Positions 26,605-35,925 of a DNA stretch of 45,386 bases are shown here, in pieces. A model generated the notes under the pieces. It was not told the DNA's origin. It saw only the letters and a program-made list of their open reading frames with translations, and made no database searches. The translations under genes and the position numbers were made by a program. The stretch's first letter is position 1, and each line of letters starts with the position of its first letter. The stretch comes from Planctomycetota bacterium (lineage in GTDB: Bacteria > Planctomycetota > Phycisphaerae > WQYP01): NCBI GenBank assembly GCA_021790475.1, contig JAJYDU010000002.1, forward strand, positions 1 through 45,386, written 5' to 3'.

Positions 26605-26800
26605 ACAGGTGAATGATGGCATTGGATTTTCTTCGCAAAGCGATCGGCCAGAGTGTGGACAAACTCCGCACCGGCTTGACCCGGACGCGCAACGCATTGG
26701 TCGGTTCGCTCCAGTCCCTCTTGCGCGGCCGGCAGCTCGATCAGCAGCTCCTCGACGAGCTGCGCCGGCGTCTGATCCTGGCGGATCTGGGCGTGGCGGC
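26605..26800 (+). repeat. Right copy of the 196-bp direct repeat (functional ftsY 5' end)
   Basis: See 25163..25358. This copy is continuous with the complete ftsY ORF. Confidence 0.95.
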
Positions 26801-27560
26801 AACGGGAAAAATCATGACCGATCTGGACCGGGCCTGGAAGGAAAAAAGGATCGGTTCCGGCGATGAAGTTCTGGATTTTCTTAAAGCGCGGATGAAAACC
26901 TATTGGCCCGCGGAAAGTCGCGCGCTGCGGTTGGCCGCATCCGGCCCCACGGTAATTCTGGTTGCCGGCGTTAATGGCGCCGGCAAAACCACCAGCATCG
27001 CCAAGCTGGCTTATTATCTCAAGGCCCAGAATAAAAAGGTGATAGTCGCCGCCGGCGATACCTTCCGCGCCGCCGCAGTCGATCAATTAAGCGTCTGGGC
27101 TGCCCGCATCGGGGTGGATATCGTGCGGCATGGAATGGGCGGCGATCCGGCCGCGGTGGCGTTCGATGCCTGCCAGGCCGCCATTGCCCGCCAGGCCGAT
27201 ATTCTGATCATCGACACCGCCGGTCGCCTGCATACGCAGGACCATCTCATGCGCGAACTGGAAAAAATCCGCCGCGTCGCGCACAAAAATATCCCGGGCG
27301 CTCCGCATGAATCGCTGCTGGTCCTCGACGCGACCATTGGTCAGAACGCCATTCGCCAGGCCGAGGAATTCAAGAAAGCGGTGGATATTACCGGCATATT
27401 TCTGGCCAAGCTCGACGGCACGGCCAAAGGGGGAATCGTGGTGGCCATCCGGCATCAACTGGATTTGCCCGTCAAGTTCGTGGGGCTGGGCGAAAAGCCC
27501 CAGGATATCGCCCCCTTCTCGCCGGACGATTTTGTCGAAGCGCTCTTTGCCGAAGAATAG
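26613..27560 (+). CDS. ftsY: Signal recognition particle receptor FtsY (NG domains only, no A domain)
   Basis: VAGVNGAGKTTSIAKLA, DTAGRLH, AKLDGTAKGG and FVGLGEKPQDI. Confidence 0.95.
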   Translation: MMALDFLRKAIGQSVDKLRTGLTRTRNALVGSLQSLLRGRQLDQQLLDELRRRLILADLGVAATGKIMTDLDRAWKEKRIGSGDEVLDFLKARMKTYWPAESRALRLAASGPTVILVAGVNGAGKTTSIAKLAYYLKAQNKKVIVAAGDTFRAAAVDQLSVWAARIGVDIVRHGMGGDPAAVAFDACQAAIARQADILIIDTAGRLHTQDHLMRELEKIRRVAHKNIPGAPHESLLVLDATIGQNAIRQAEEFKKAVDITGIFLAKLDGTAKGGIVVAIRHQLDLPVKFVGLGEKPQDIAPFSPDDFVEALFAEE

Positions 27561-27791
27561 CGGGCCATTCAGCCACACCGCAACGCGGTACGAACGCTTC
27601 GGGCATGCGAAGGAAAATCCACCCCGGCCCGCCCGCGGCTATACGGGGGTTGGGCGGAATATGATAATTTTTCAGGGGGCGACTGGAAGTGTTCCGATAG
27701 CCATCGGGAACCACGCGTGGCGTTTAGCCGGTGTCCACACCGGCGTGTCCCGCTGGCGATAGGGATATGCAGGGAGTTAACTTTACGCCCG

Positions 27792-28889
27792 TTACGTCGT
27801 CCCGGACTCATCTTCCGCCCGCACCTCACAGGATGTTTTCGGCGTTTCCCAGACGCGTACGGATACCAGCCGGGCGGGTTCCTTGAAAGCGCCGCCGAGT
27901 TTCTGAAAAATAATCTGTGCGATATTTTCGAGAGTGGGATTGACGCCGGCGAATTCCGGACAATCGAGATTCAGGTGCTTGTGATCGAACTTCGCGATTG
28001 TCCGCTCATTGACGAGTTTCTGAAACAGCCGGATGGGTATGATAAGACCGGTCGCGGGATCGGGCCGGCCTCCGATGGTCACCTCCATCTCGTAATTGTG
28101 ACCATGACCGTTGGGATTGTTGCATTTTCCAAAAAGCTCCCGGTTCTCGCATTCATCCAGAGCGGGGCTATGGAGACGATGAGCGGCGGAAAACTCAAAT
28201 CGCTGGGTCATTCGGATCATGGGCGTTTCCTCGGCATAAATTTCCTGATACAGCCAGGGGCTTATGACCAGACGCAGGCAAACCAGTCGGTGCGGCATCA
28301 AGGACCGGCCCAACGACGCCAGGAGCCGCGGCAACATATCGGGCGTTGCGGAGTAAGAACCGCGTGCCAGGCCGGTACGACAGGCGTCGGCGATCATGGG
28401 CGCGGCCACCGCACGCAAAGTGCGATCAATCTGCTTGATATTGATGAGCATCCCGGACTTGGGGTGCACCGGTCCGTCTATGGCGGCGGTAAGACAGACC
28501 AGCGGGGCGATGGAGTCCAGCGCGGGGTTGGCGGCGAAATTATTTGCCTCCGCCGCCGGCAACTCTTCTCCCAGCACGCCAAAGCGCAACTCGCGGGCCA
28601 GACTTATTCGCATCCGGGGCATCATAAGATTTCCATTGTAGGCCGCCGGCGGCATGATCGCTAATTCCGCCGGGATTATTGGGCGATGGGCTGGCATGGC
28701 GGCCTTGCACAATTTATAGTTAAAGAAGGCGGTGCGGCCGGAAGTTCCAATTCCCGCGACTCGTTTTCCGCCAGGCGCGGATACGAATGATGCCTCCGCT
28801 GGAAGAAACGTATCCTGATCCCGCGCAAGAATCCCGATGGTTATCGGGACGGTCGAGCGAAAAGACGCTTGAGGCAACCGATGAAACAC
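27792..28889 (-). CDS. 6-pyruvoyl-tetrahydropterin / 6-carboxytetrahydropterin synthase family protein (start uncertain)
   Basis: The C-terminal domain has FEFSAAHRLH...CNNPNGHGHNYEMEV...FDHKHLN (the PTPS/QueD signature). The N-terminal ~150 aa look like a second, degenerate PTPS-like half. The ORF start overlaps the divergent ORF at 28869, so a later start (for example the ATG at 28697) is likely. Confidence 0.75.
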   Translation of the reverse strand: MFHRLPQASFRSTVPITIGILARDQDTFLPAEASFVSAPGGKRVAGIGTSGRTAFFNYKLCKAAMPAHRPIIPAELAIMPPAAYNGNLMMPRMRISLARELRFGVLGEELPAAEANNFAANPALDSIAPLVCLTAAIDGPVHPKSGMLINIKQIDRTLRAVAAPMIADACRTGLARGSYSATPDMLPRLLASLGRSLMPHRLVCLRLVISPWLYQEIYAEETPMIRMTQRFEFSAAHRLHSPALDECENRELFGKCNNPNGHGHNYEMEVTIGGRPDPATGLIIPIRLFQKLVNERTIAKFDHKHLNLDCPEFAGVNPTLENIAQIIFQKLGGAFKEPARLVSVRVWETPKTSCEVRAEDESGTT

Positions 28890-30155
28890 GTCTTACACAT
28901 AACGGGTATGACAATTTTTCCGGGGCGCTTGGGAATGCTCACGACCCGCGCCGCCGGTTTCGTATGGCGACAAACCTGCCGATTTATGAAATTGTCCGGA
29001 CGCGAAGCCGGGCCGCTGCGACGGCCCGCGTCGCACGGGTCAACGGATGCGGAAACCGTGGTCCGGCCGAATACCATCCCAATAGCGGATACTGTAAAAT
29101 CCCGAAAAATTGTCACACCCAACATAACCGGGACGGTTGTCTTAATTGCCGCGGCAGGTGTTTTCACTTTCGCAGGCAACCCGTGCGCCGCCACCTCCGT
29201 GCCGCGGGTCGTTTTCGGTCAGACCAGCCCGTTGAGCTATGAATTGACTCCCCCGGTTCGCAAAGCGGTGCGAAAGGGACTGCTTTGGCTGGCGCGGCGG
29301 CAGGCGACCGACGGTTCGTATGGCCGCGGCAATCAAGTGGCCATTACCGCCCTGGCCGGCATAGCCTTTATGGCCGGAGGCAATCTGCCCGGCCAGGGGC
29401 CTTACGGGGCAAACGAGGCGCGGGCCTTGCATTACGTTTTGAGCCAATGCCGGCAATCGGGACTGATCGCCGCGGCCGATGATGGCGAACCCATGTACGG
29501 CCAGGGTTTTGCCACCTTGTTCCTGGCGGAAATTTACGGCGAATCGCACGCCCCGGAACTGCGGCAAAAACTCCAGCGGGCGGTGCGGCTGATCGTTCAA
29601 ACTCAGAACAACCAGGGCGGATGGCGCTATCAACCCATGCCGATGGACGGGGATATCTCGGTGACGATCTGCCAGGTCATGGCGCTTCGCGCGGCGCGCC
29701 AGGCCGGTATCGCTGTGCCCCGGCGAACCATTCAAAAAGCGATCGGATTCGTCCGGCGGCTCCAGAACCCCGACGGCGGGTTCAGCTACATGCTCAACAT
29801 GCGCGGCTCGGACTTTCCTAGAACGGCCGCCGGCGTAGCGCTGCTTTTTTACGCCGGGGTGTACAGGGGCCGGGTGATTGACTCCGCCATGGCGTACATG
29901 TTGAATTGCCTGCCCGGCAACCCGCAAAACAACCAGGGAAATTTCTTCTATGGGAATTACTATGGAGTCCAGGCGATGTTTCTCGCCGGCGGACGCTGGT
30001 GGGCCAAATGGTGGCCGGCGATCCGCACCGTGCTGCTGGCGCGCCAGAGTGCCGATGGCAACTGGATCGGCGGCGCCGGCGCCAGCTACGCCACGGCGAT
30101 GGCCCTGATCATTCTGCAGGTTCCCGATCGTCTGCTGCCGATCCTGCAGAAGTAA
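28869..30155 (+). CDS. Prenyltransferase / squalene-oxidase repeat protein (secreted or membrane-anchored)
   Basis: Repeated QxxxGGW-type blocks (ATDGSYG, QNNQGGWRYQ, QNPDGGFSY, SADGNWIGG) and a hydrophobic anchor (TVVLIAAAGVFTFAG). The start is uncertain. Confidence 0.65.
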   Translation: MRQPMKHVLHITGMTIFPGRLGMLTTRAAGFVWRQTCRFMKLSGREAGPLRRPASHGSTDAETVVRPNTIPIADTVKSRKIVTPNITGTVVLIAAAGVFTFAGNPCAATSVPRVVFGQTSPLSYELTPPVRKAVRKGLLWLARRQATDGSYGRGNQVAITALAGIAFMAGGNLPGQGPYGANEARALHYVLSQCRQSGLIAAADDGEPMYGQGFATLFLAEIYGESHAPELRQKLQRAVRLIVQTQNNQGGWRYQPMPMDGDISVTICQVMALRAARQAGIAVPRRTIQKAIGFVRRLQNPDGGFSYMLNMRGSDFPRTAAGVALLFYAGVYRGRVIDSAMAYMLNCLPGNPQNNQGNFFYGNYYGVQAMFLAGGRWWAKWWPAIRTVLLARQSADGNWIGGAGASYATAMALIILQVPDRLLPILQK

Positions 30156-30167
30156 TCTGGAAATATA

Positions 30168-31532
30168 TTGATGATTAAATGTATATTCCATCCGCCCGCG
30201 CCGCCGCGCCGCCCCGTCCACCCGCCGTCGCGGAATACGCGCCGCCGCCCGCCCGCCCGCGCCGGTACATCCGCCCCGCCCCGGTTCCCCGGCGCGCCGC
30301 AACGCCGGAGCTGTTTGCCGCATGGCGTCCGGAGACTCCTTCCGCTTGTCCTGGCCTGCGGCATCATGGCGGTCGGAACGTACCGCCCGGCCGTCGCCGC
30401 GCGCTGGAGAGTGACCCTGGCCCGCCTCGACCGCGCGGGGTATTTTGTCAAATTGAAGCGGGCGAAGGTCATGCACTGGTCGCGCCGGGGTGAACTGACG
30501 CTGCGGCTTCCCGGCGGCCATACACGCACGCTTGCCGCCACCGACGTGTTGCACCTCAACGCGTTCGTCCCGGCCCGCGGCGCCGGTTCGCCCCGGCGCC
30601 GGCGGGGGGGCTGGAAACTGGTTCTGCGCAACGGCAATGTGCTCTTTGGCCGGCCAGTCCGCGCTCCCGCGGGCGACGTGGCGATTGACGTATATGGACC
30701 GGGTACGGTTCGTATCCCGATAAAACTTGTCGCCGGCCTTGGCCGCCGGCCATCCACTGTCATTCCCGTGCGGGCCGCCGATCACGACACGCTTTATTTG
30801 AGCAATGGCGACAAACTCGCCGGAGCTTTTGTCGCGCTGGGCGGATCATCTCTTCAATGGAGCAGCAGTCTGGGCCGAACCCGCATACCGCTTACGCGAA
30901 TCGACCGCTTCGTACTCGGCGGACCGGTGGGCAAAATAGCAGTGTCCGGCGGGGGCGAACGATTGCGGCTGATCGGCGCCAACCGTCTTGACGCACAATG
31001 GATTCAATGGCGCGCGGGAACCATTCGGTTCCCCGGCCCGGCGGGCGATATCCTCGAATGCCCCGCGGCGAATCTGCGCGGAATCTCCATCTATGGAGGA
31101 CGGGTGCGGTGGCTGGCGGACCTGGCGCCGGCATCCTGTCGGCAGGTTTCGTATTTCAACGGACACTGGCCGCTGGGAATCAATCGCAACGTTCTCGGAA
31201 GGCCGCTGGAGGTAAACCGGCGCCGTTACACGCACGGCCTGGGGATGCACGTTCGGACTACTCTCACGTATGCGCTCCACGGGATATATACAAAATTTGT
31301 TTTCATTCCGGCTATGGATGATTCCGCCCATCCCTTCGGGCGGGCACGGCTGCTGGTGGCGGCGGATAAGAAAATCATATATCGCTCCGCGATCCTGGCG
31401 CCGGGCCGGGCGGTTAAGCCAGTGGTGCTTTCGGTCCGCGGCGTTCATACGCTTGTTCTCCAGACGCTGGGCGTGGGCCGTTATGGCGTGCGCGGCCGGG
31501 TGGATTGGCTCAACGCGGCGTTGCTGCGATGA
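30168..31532 (+). CDS. Hypothetical exported protein with a C-terminal NPCBM-like carbohydrate-binding domain
   Basis: The C-terminus NGHWPLGINRNVLGRPLEVNRRRYTHGLGMHVRTTLTY...LVLQTLGVGRYGVRGRVDWLNAALL resembles the NPCBM/NEW2 module. The Pro/Arg-rich first ~60 residues are probably not translated. Confidence 0.55.
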   Translation: MMIKCIFHPPAPPRRPVHPPSRNTRRRPPARAGTSAPPRFPGAPQRRSCLPHGVRRLLPLVLACGIMAVGTYRPAVAARWRVTLARLDRAGYFVKLKRAKVMHWSRRGELTLRLPGGHTRTLAATDVLHLNAFVPARGAGSPRRRRGGWKLVLRNGNVLFGRPVRAPAGDVAIDVYGPGTVRIPIKLVAGLGRRPSTVIPVRAADHDTLYLSNGDKLAGAFVALGGSSLQWSSSLGRTRIPLTRIDRFVLGGPVGKIAVSGGGERLRLIGANRLDAQWIQWRAGTIRFPGPAGDILECPAANLRGISIYGGRVRWLADLAPASCRQVSYFNGHWPLGINRNVLGRPLEVNRRRYTHGLGMHVRTTLTYALHGIYTKFVFIPAMDDSAHPFGRARLLVAADKKIIYRSAILAPGRAVKPVVLSVRGVHTLVLQTLGVGRYGVRGRVDWLNAALLR

Positions 31533-32341
31533 AAGTTGAATCAATGTCGCAAACCCATACATTTGAGGCCTTCTGTGTGTGCGGGCAGGGCATGGCGATC
31601 AGCCGGGCACAGATTGGCCGGCACGTGGTTTGTCCAGCCTGCAATCGGGTGCTTATTCCCGTGGATACCCGGCAGGTGGAAACGCCGGAATCAGCCGTAG
31701 CGCCGGCGCCGCAACCCCACGTTCCGCCGGCGGTGCTCCGGGCCTGTCCGTTCTGCGGCGAAATGATCCTCCCGACCGCCCGCAAGTGCCGCTATTGCGG
31801 AGAGTTTCTCCCCGCTCCATCGGCCGAAGAGGCCGGGGGAAGACCGTTCCACGAGCCGGCTTCGCCGGCGGACGATTCGGCGGCGCCGGTGTTTTTGCTG
31901 CGTGTATCGCAGTGGGACAACTTCTGGCGGTACTTGACCTGCCTGATGGTGTTGATACTGGCGGGGGGGGCCTATCTGGTTCCCGTGATCCGGCCCTGGG
32001 CGGGCACGATTCTGGCGGTCGTGGCGGCGACGGTCGCCCTGGCCCTGCTTTTCATTTACCTGGGCGCGCGTACTTCCATCTGCCTGATTAGTTCCCATCG
32101 CATCGAAACCCGATCGGGCATTTTTACCAGGCGGATCGACTGGGTTTCCATGGGAACCGTTCTGGACATTCAGCTTAAACAGAGTTTCATTCAGCGGCTG
32201 CTGGGCATCGGTACAATTGTGGTCAAGAGCACCGACCAGGTCACCCCCCGGCTGGAGATTTATCATGCGCCGCAGGCCCGGAAGGCGTTTGAATATTTGC
32301 AGCAACAAATCGCCCGCCATGGACACGTTCTGGTGAAATAG
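31529..32341 (+). CDS. Zinc-ribbon plus bacterial PH (bPH_2/YdbS-like) membrane protein
   Basis: Cys pairs CVCG...CPAC and CPFCG...CRYCG, two TM helices, then IETRSGIFTRRIDWVSMGTVLDIQLKQSFIQRLLGIGTIVV (the bPH_2 pattern). The ATG at 31529 overlaps the upstream stop (ATGA). Confidence 0.65.
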   Translation: MKVESMSQTHTFEAFCVCGQGMAISRAQIGRHVVCPACNRVLIPVDTRQVETPESAVAPAPQPHVPPAVLRACPFCGEMILPTARKCRYCGEFLPAPSAEEAGGRPFHEPASPADDSAAPVFLLRVSQWDNFWRYLTCLMVLILAGGAYLVPVIRPWAGTILAVVAATVALALLFIYLGARTSICLISSHRIETRSGIFTRRIDWVSMGTVLDIQLKQSFIQRLLGIGTIVVKSTDQVTPRLEIYHAPQARKAFEYLQQQIARHGHVLVK

Positions 32342-32518
32342 GCCGGTAATCGAAAATAATTTCGAGGGAGGGGGCCGTAATCAGTATCCGAAAATCGATC
32401 CAATAATTCGGCGTTCCATTTATTCATCTTCTCAATTTGGCGGTGACCAAGTATACTACTAACAGTCAGTAAAAGTTTTGAGCCAATGCTGAGGAATATC
32501 GCTGGAGCTTGAATTTAA

Positions 32519-34060
32519 ATGACTACGACAGGGTATCTATTTGAGCAGATGACAAAGCCAATAGATATTAGCACAAGTTCAATTTTAAGCCCCGCAGGAT
32601 ATTCGGGGCTTTATGCTTTCCACAAATATTGGGGCAAGAAACCCCATGAACCCTTGGCTTACGTGATTCAAGAGCTTACTTCACCCAATGACATCGTGCT
32701 CGATCCGTTTGTAGGATCGGGAACCGTTGCGCGCGAGGCAGTGGCACGAGACCGACGTTTTATTGGCTTCGATATTAACCCTTGTGCCATTGAACTCACG
32801 AAGCTAATTCTTAATCCTCCCGAATTGGAGGAGTTGCATGCCTCATTTAAACAGGTTCGGAGAGTGGCGTATGACGCCGTCGAAGAGAGTTACAGGCTTG
32901 AAGACGGCCGGGCTATTGCCACCCACTACCTCTGGGACGCCAATCAACTCAGCAAGGTCTGGGTCAGATCTCGGCATAGGACAGCTAGAAGAGGAGAGTT
33001 CCCGCCAACTCTGCATGACATTAAGCTCGCAAAAACTTTTGCAGAGTACCGCAGTAGGAAAGTGCGCCTGCCCCGCTTTTTCACGAATGGACGAATTAAT
33101 GCCAAACCGACATTGACTTTATCCGATTTATTTACGGGCCGTGCTCAAAGGAACATTGATATAATCCTAGACGCTATCGATACATGTCCGGTAGCAACCA
33201 GATTATCTCTGCGCCTCTGCCTTACTGCCGCCTCAGGTCAGATGAGTAAGATGGTTTTCGCGGTAACAAACCGCGGCAAAACAAAGGGAGAAGTGAATAA
33301 ACGAATGGAAGTGGGCAGTTGGGTGATAGGATTCTGGCGCCCGCGGCTCCACCTTGAGGTCAACGCTTGGAACTGTTTCGAGAATCGCGTTGCGAAACTA
33401 CTTAATTCGCTTAAGCCTGGCTCTCGGGATCAGATATCTCCCATTTCAGGCGGCCTCGGAGATTTGCTCGCCTCCCGGGCAAAAGCGCATCTGTCTTGCG
33501 GTGATTGCCGTGAATTATTACGAGACATTCCGGACGACACCGTCGATTTAATTCTTACCGACCCGCCGCATGGCGATCGAATTCCATATCTTGAATTGAG
33601 TGAAATATGGAACTGCATACTGGGGTTCGATGTCGATTTTGAACGAGAGATCGTTTTTTCTAACGCAAAGGAAAGGGGTAAAAGTTCCGATGTGTTTTCT
33701 GCCGAGATCGGCCAGGGATTTCGGCAGTTGCACAGAGTACTGAAACCCGATGGAATAATGCTGATTATATTTAATGCCCGTGATACGGATGAGTGGCAAT
33801 CAATTCGTGCATTGTGTAGGCATGGATTTAGACAAAACCCGCTGTGGAGCTACCTTGGTTATTTTCCCTGTCAATATTCCGCTACTTCGGTGGTTCAGGA
33901 TAATAGAGCGGGAAGCATGTGTTTCGACCTTGTCTTAGCATTCGCCCGATATGACGCTCCGAAGGACAATAACTCCGTCCTGAATAAATTGCGTTCAGTG
34001 CCAAGTTGGACATCGGATGCCCCAGTGCAATTATCGGGAGGAAAAGCTGATGACATTTGA
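32519..34060 (+). CDS. N6-adenine/N4-cytosine DNA methyltransferase with AdoMet motif first and DPPH catalytic motif last
   Basis: FHKYWGKKPHEPLAYVIQELTSPNDIVLDPFVGSGT (the motif X/I block typical of PF01555 enzymes) is at residues ~34-70. LILTDPPHGD (motif IV) and VLKPDGIMLIIF lie near the C-terminus, with ~290 aa between them. GC is low. Confidence 0.85.
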   Translation: MTTTGYLFEQMTKPIDISTSSILSPAGYSGLYAFHKYWGKKPHEPLAYVIQELTSPNDIVLDPFVGSGTVAREAVARDRRFIGFDINPCAIELTKLILNPPELEELHASFKQVRRVAYDAVEESYRLEDGRAIATHYLWDANQLSKVWVRSRHRTARRGEFPPTLHDIKLAKTFAEYRSRKVRLPRFFTNGRINAKPTLTLSDLFTGRAQRNIDIILDAIDTCPVATRLSLRLCLTAASGQMSKMVFAVTNRGKTKGEVNKRMEVGSWVIGFWRPRLHLEVNAWNCFENRVAKLLNSLKPGSRDQISPISGGLGDLLASRAKAHLSCGDCRELLRDIPDDTVDLILTDPPHGDRIPYLELSEIWNCILGFDVDFEREIVFSNAKERGKSSDVFSAEIGQGFRQLHRVLKPDGIMLIIFNARDTDEWQSIRALCRHGFRQNPLWSYLGYFPCQYSATSVVQDNRAGSMCFDLVLAFARYDAPKDNNSVLNKLRSVPSWTSDAPVQLSGGKADDI

Positions 34061-35000
34061 GGAGGCGAATAGGCTCTTCAGAGACAACCAGATTCTTGCG
34101 CTGGCTGCAGATCCAGATGGCCTGCGATATCTTTATATTCGGTCTCTTTGTAGAAAGGAGCATCTTTTGCAGCTTTTCAGCGCTGCACACGTCCCTCCCA
34201 GTCCTACTGTCAGCCGGGAGCTATTTCGTGAGGCCTTTAATACGCGTATTATCACTTTAGAATTAATTCGACGCGTTATCCGGCAGATTTTCGAGGCCTC
34301 CAGGCGAAGTCGAAGACATGATGAAGAAACCTTGATAAATAACTTATACCGATTGGATGTGTTCGATTGGGGTGGACTTCACCAGAACAGCCTGGAAAAG
34401 ACGATTGTAAACAACTACGTCAAAAAGATAAAAGAGTATGATGCGATATGCGATAAGATCGATAATGACTTGCACATGAGCCTCCGAGGTTACGTCCTCA
34501 ATTCCTGGTATAACCATTGGACATCCATCATCATTGAGGACACATTCCGCGATCACGATAAGGTGTTGCCCTCCGTTGGACTCGTTAAGAAAATTGATTT
34601 CTTCATTAACAATACTCCTTTTGATCTGAAGGTCACTTATTTTCCAGAGGGATTTGTTAAAGACCAAAGGCGAAACACTGGCAGAAAGTCCGAACTTACC
34701 TTGCTCAAGAGAAGTGCGCGGACTAACAACATCGCGATCAATCGCGAGTTGCCGGAAGCACGACTCCTGCAAGATATGTGGATGAAACACAATGACCATC
34801 CGAAAGCGCGGGACATAATTGATGACTTGCGCGAATTCCGCTTGCAGCTTCTCCGAGAATGCCGGGAGAATCCGGTCGCGCTTATCAAATGGCTTTATGA
34901 AAATCAGGGAGAACGCAGGTTTGACGCATCTAATCGAATATTTTTAGTTCTGTACGATCGAATGAATTTCTTTGACTCGTGGAAATTAAAAAGGGCATAG
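34050..35000 (+). CDS. Putative PD-(D/E)XK restriction endonuclease cognate to the upstream methyltransferase
   Basis: The ATG at 34050 follows GGGAGG and overlaps the MTase 3' end by 11 nt. Candidate nuclease core: IIIEDTF ... KKIDFFINNTPFDLKV (D-x9-D-x-K). I recognise no family, so the function is inferred from position and motif only. Confidence 0.4.
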   Translation: MTFEEANRLFRDNQILALAADPDGLRYLYIRSLCRKEHLLQLFSAAHVPPSPTVSRELFREAFNTRIITLELIRRVIRQIFEASRRSRRHDEETLINNLYRLDVFDWGGLHQNSLEKTIVNNYVKKIKEYDAICDKIDNDLHMSLRGYVLNSWYNHWTSIIIEDTFRDHDKVLPSVGLVKKIDFFINNTPFDLKVTYFPEGFVKDQRRNTGRKSELTLLKRSARTNNIAINRELPEARLLQDMWMKHNDHPKARDIIDDLREFRLQLLRECRENPVALIKWLYENQGERRFDASNRIFLVLYDRMNFFDSWKLKRA

Positions 35001-35245
35001 CCGTTGCTGGATGTCTGAATAAGGCAATACCTCGATAGTGTTGGTGAATCGCCCGGGCGCCAGAGCGAGTTCGAGTGGGAGGGAAGGAAGTACCAGGTTC
35101 TTTCCGATATCGTGTTTGTAGTACACCCCTAAGCAACTGTTAGAGATAGGTATACAGAAAACTTTTCATGTATGTCTCCGGGCAATAACGCGGCGGAAGA
35201 ACGCCTGATTGCAATAATGTAAAACATATCGCTTCGGCGGTGAAC

Positions 35246-35506
35246 TCAATGACCCCTGATTGGTAATTCATCGCCTTGGCGTGGTGATTCTCCACCGCGC
35301 CGCTTCATAATACGGTCGAAGGCCTTGAAGTCCGCCCGGGCTTTGCGATCCGTAAAAAAGCGGGCGGTTTCAAATGCGGATACTTTCTCCGCCACCGCTG
35401 TGACCACGAATTGGTTAATGCTGGTGCGGTCCTCCTTACTCAACCGCGTAACCGCCTGCTTGAGCGATGCCGGCAACCGCAGGGGATATGTGCTTGTTTG
35501 TTTCAT
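35246..35506 (-). CDS. Ribbon-helix-helix (Arc/CopG-like) antitoxin
   Basis: STYPLRLPASLKQAVTRLSKEDRTSINQFVVTAVAEKV is a typical RHH beta-strand plus two helices. The start overlaps the stop of the PIN gene (ATGA). Confidence 0.7.
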   Translation of the reverse strand: MKQTSTYPLRLPASLKQAVTRLSKEDRTSINQFVVTAVAEKVSAFETARFFTDRKARADFKAFDRIMKRRGGESPRQGDELPIRGH

Positions 35507-35925
35507 GGTGTGATCCTTGTTAAGGCCTCCCTCGGAAGCAATAACTCAACTGCAAACCGAGAGGGTACAGTCCCAAAATCGCGCTTATTAAACGTTACGA
35601 GGACATCCGCATGGCCGTTGACCGCCGTTTCGAGCACCATCTCGTCACCCGGATCGCGAAGCTGCGGCCGCCAGAGAAAATGCGACTCCACCGGCTCGAC
35701 CATGGCAATCACAGCGGACAGGAAAATGTCAATCTCCCGGCTCGACAGTCCGGATGCCAAACAATGCTTCGGTTCGCGGCACACGGCCTCGTACTCCAGA
35801 GCGAGCGGTACACTTGCCAGTAGCGTAACCAAGCCTTGTCGCGCCGCCCGCAAAAGGGCCGCCGAGGCTCCGCCGGGGCTGCGCATACCGGCAACCACCA
35901 CATCCGTGTCCAGTACCACCATCAT
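35503..35925 (-). CDS. PIN-domain toxin (VapC-like ribonuclease)
   Basis: MMVVLDTDVVVAG (first acidic residue), a mid-protein E, and ...GDEMVLETAVNGHADVLVTFNKRDF (distal acidic residues). Length is 140 aa. Confidence 0.8.
   Translation of the reverse strand: MMVVLDTDVVVAGMRSPGGASAALLRAARQGLVTLLASVPLALEYEAVCREPKHCLASGLSSREIDIFLSAVIAMVEPVESHFLWRPQLRDPGDEMVLETAVNGHADVLVTFNKRDFGTVPSRFAVELLLPREALTRITP

Noticed and set aside
29142-30785. 547-aa ORF on the - strand, the longest unassigned ORF
   Set aside because: It is antisense to the prenyltransferase-repeat and NPCBM genes, and its translation is an Arg/Gly/Pro/Ala-rich string without any domain signature. The same reasoning rejects the antisense or alternative-frame ORFs 890..1906, 6163..6990, 13078..13878, 14081..14941, 18448..19332, 20397..21197, 23108..23707, 23803..24468, 27717..28664, 39934..41259, 41450..42067, 42520..43191, 42935..43726 and 43908..44669.
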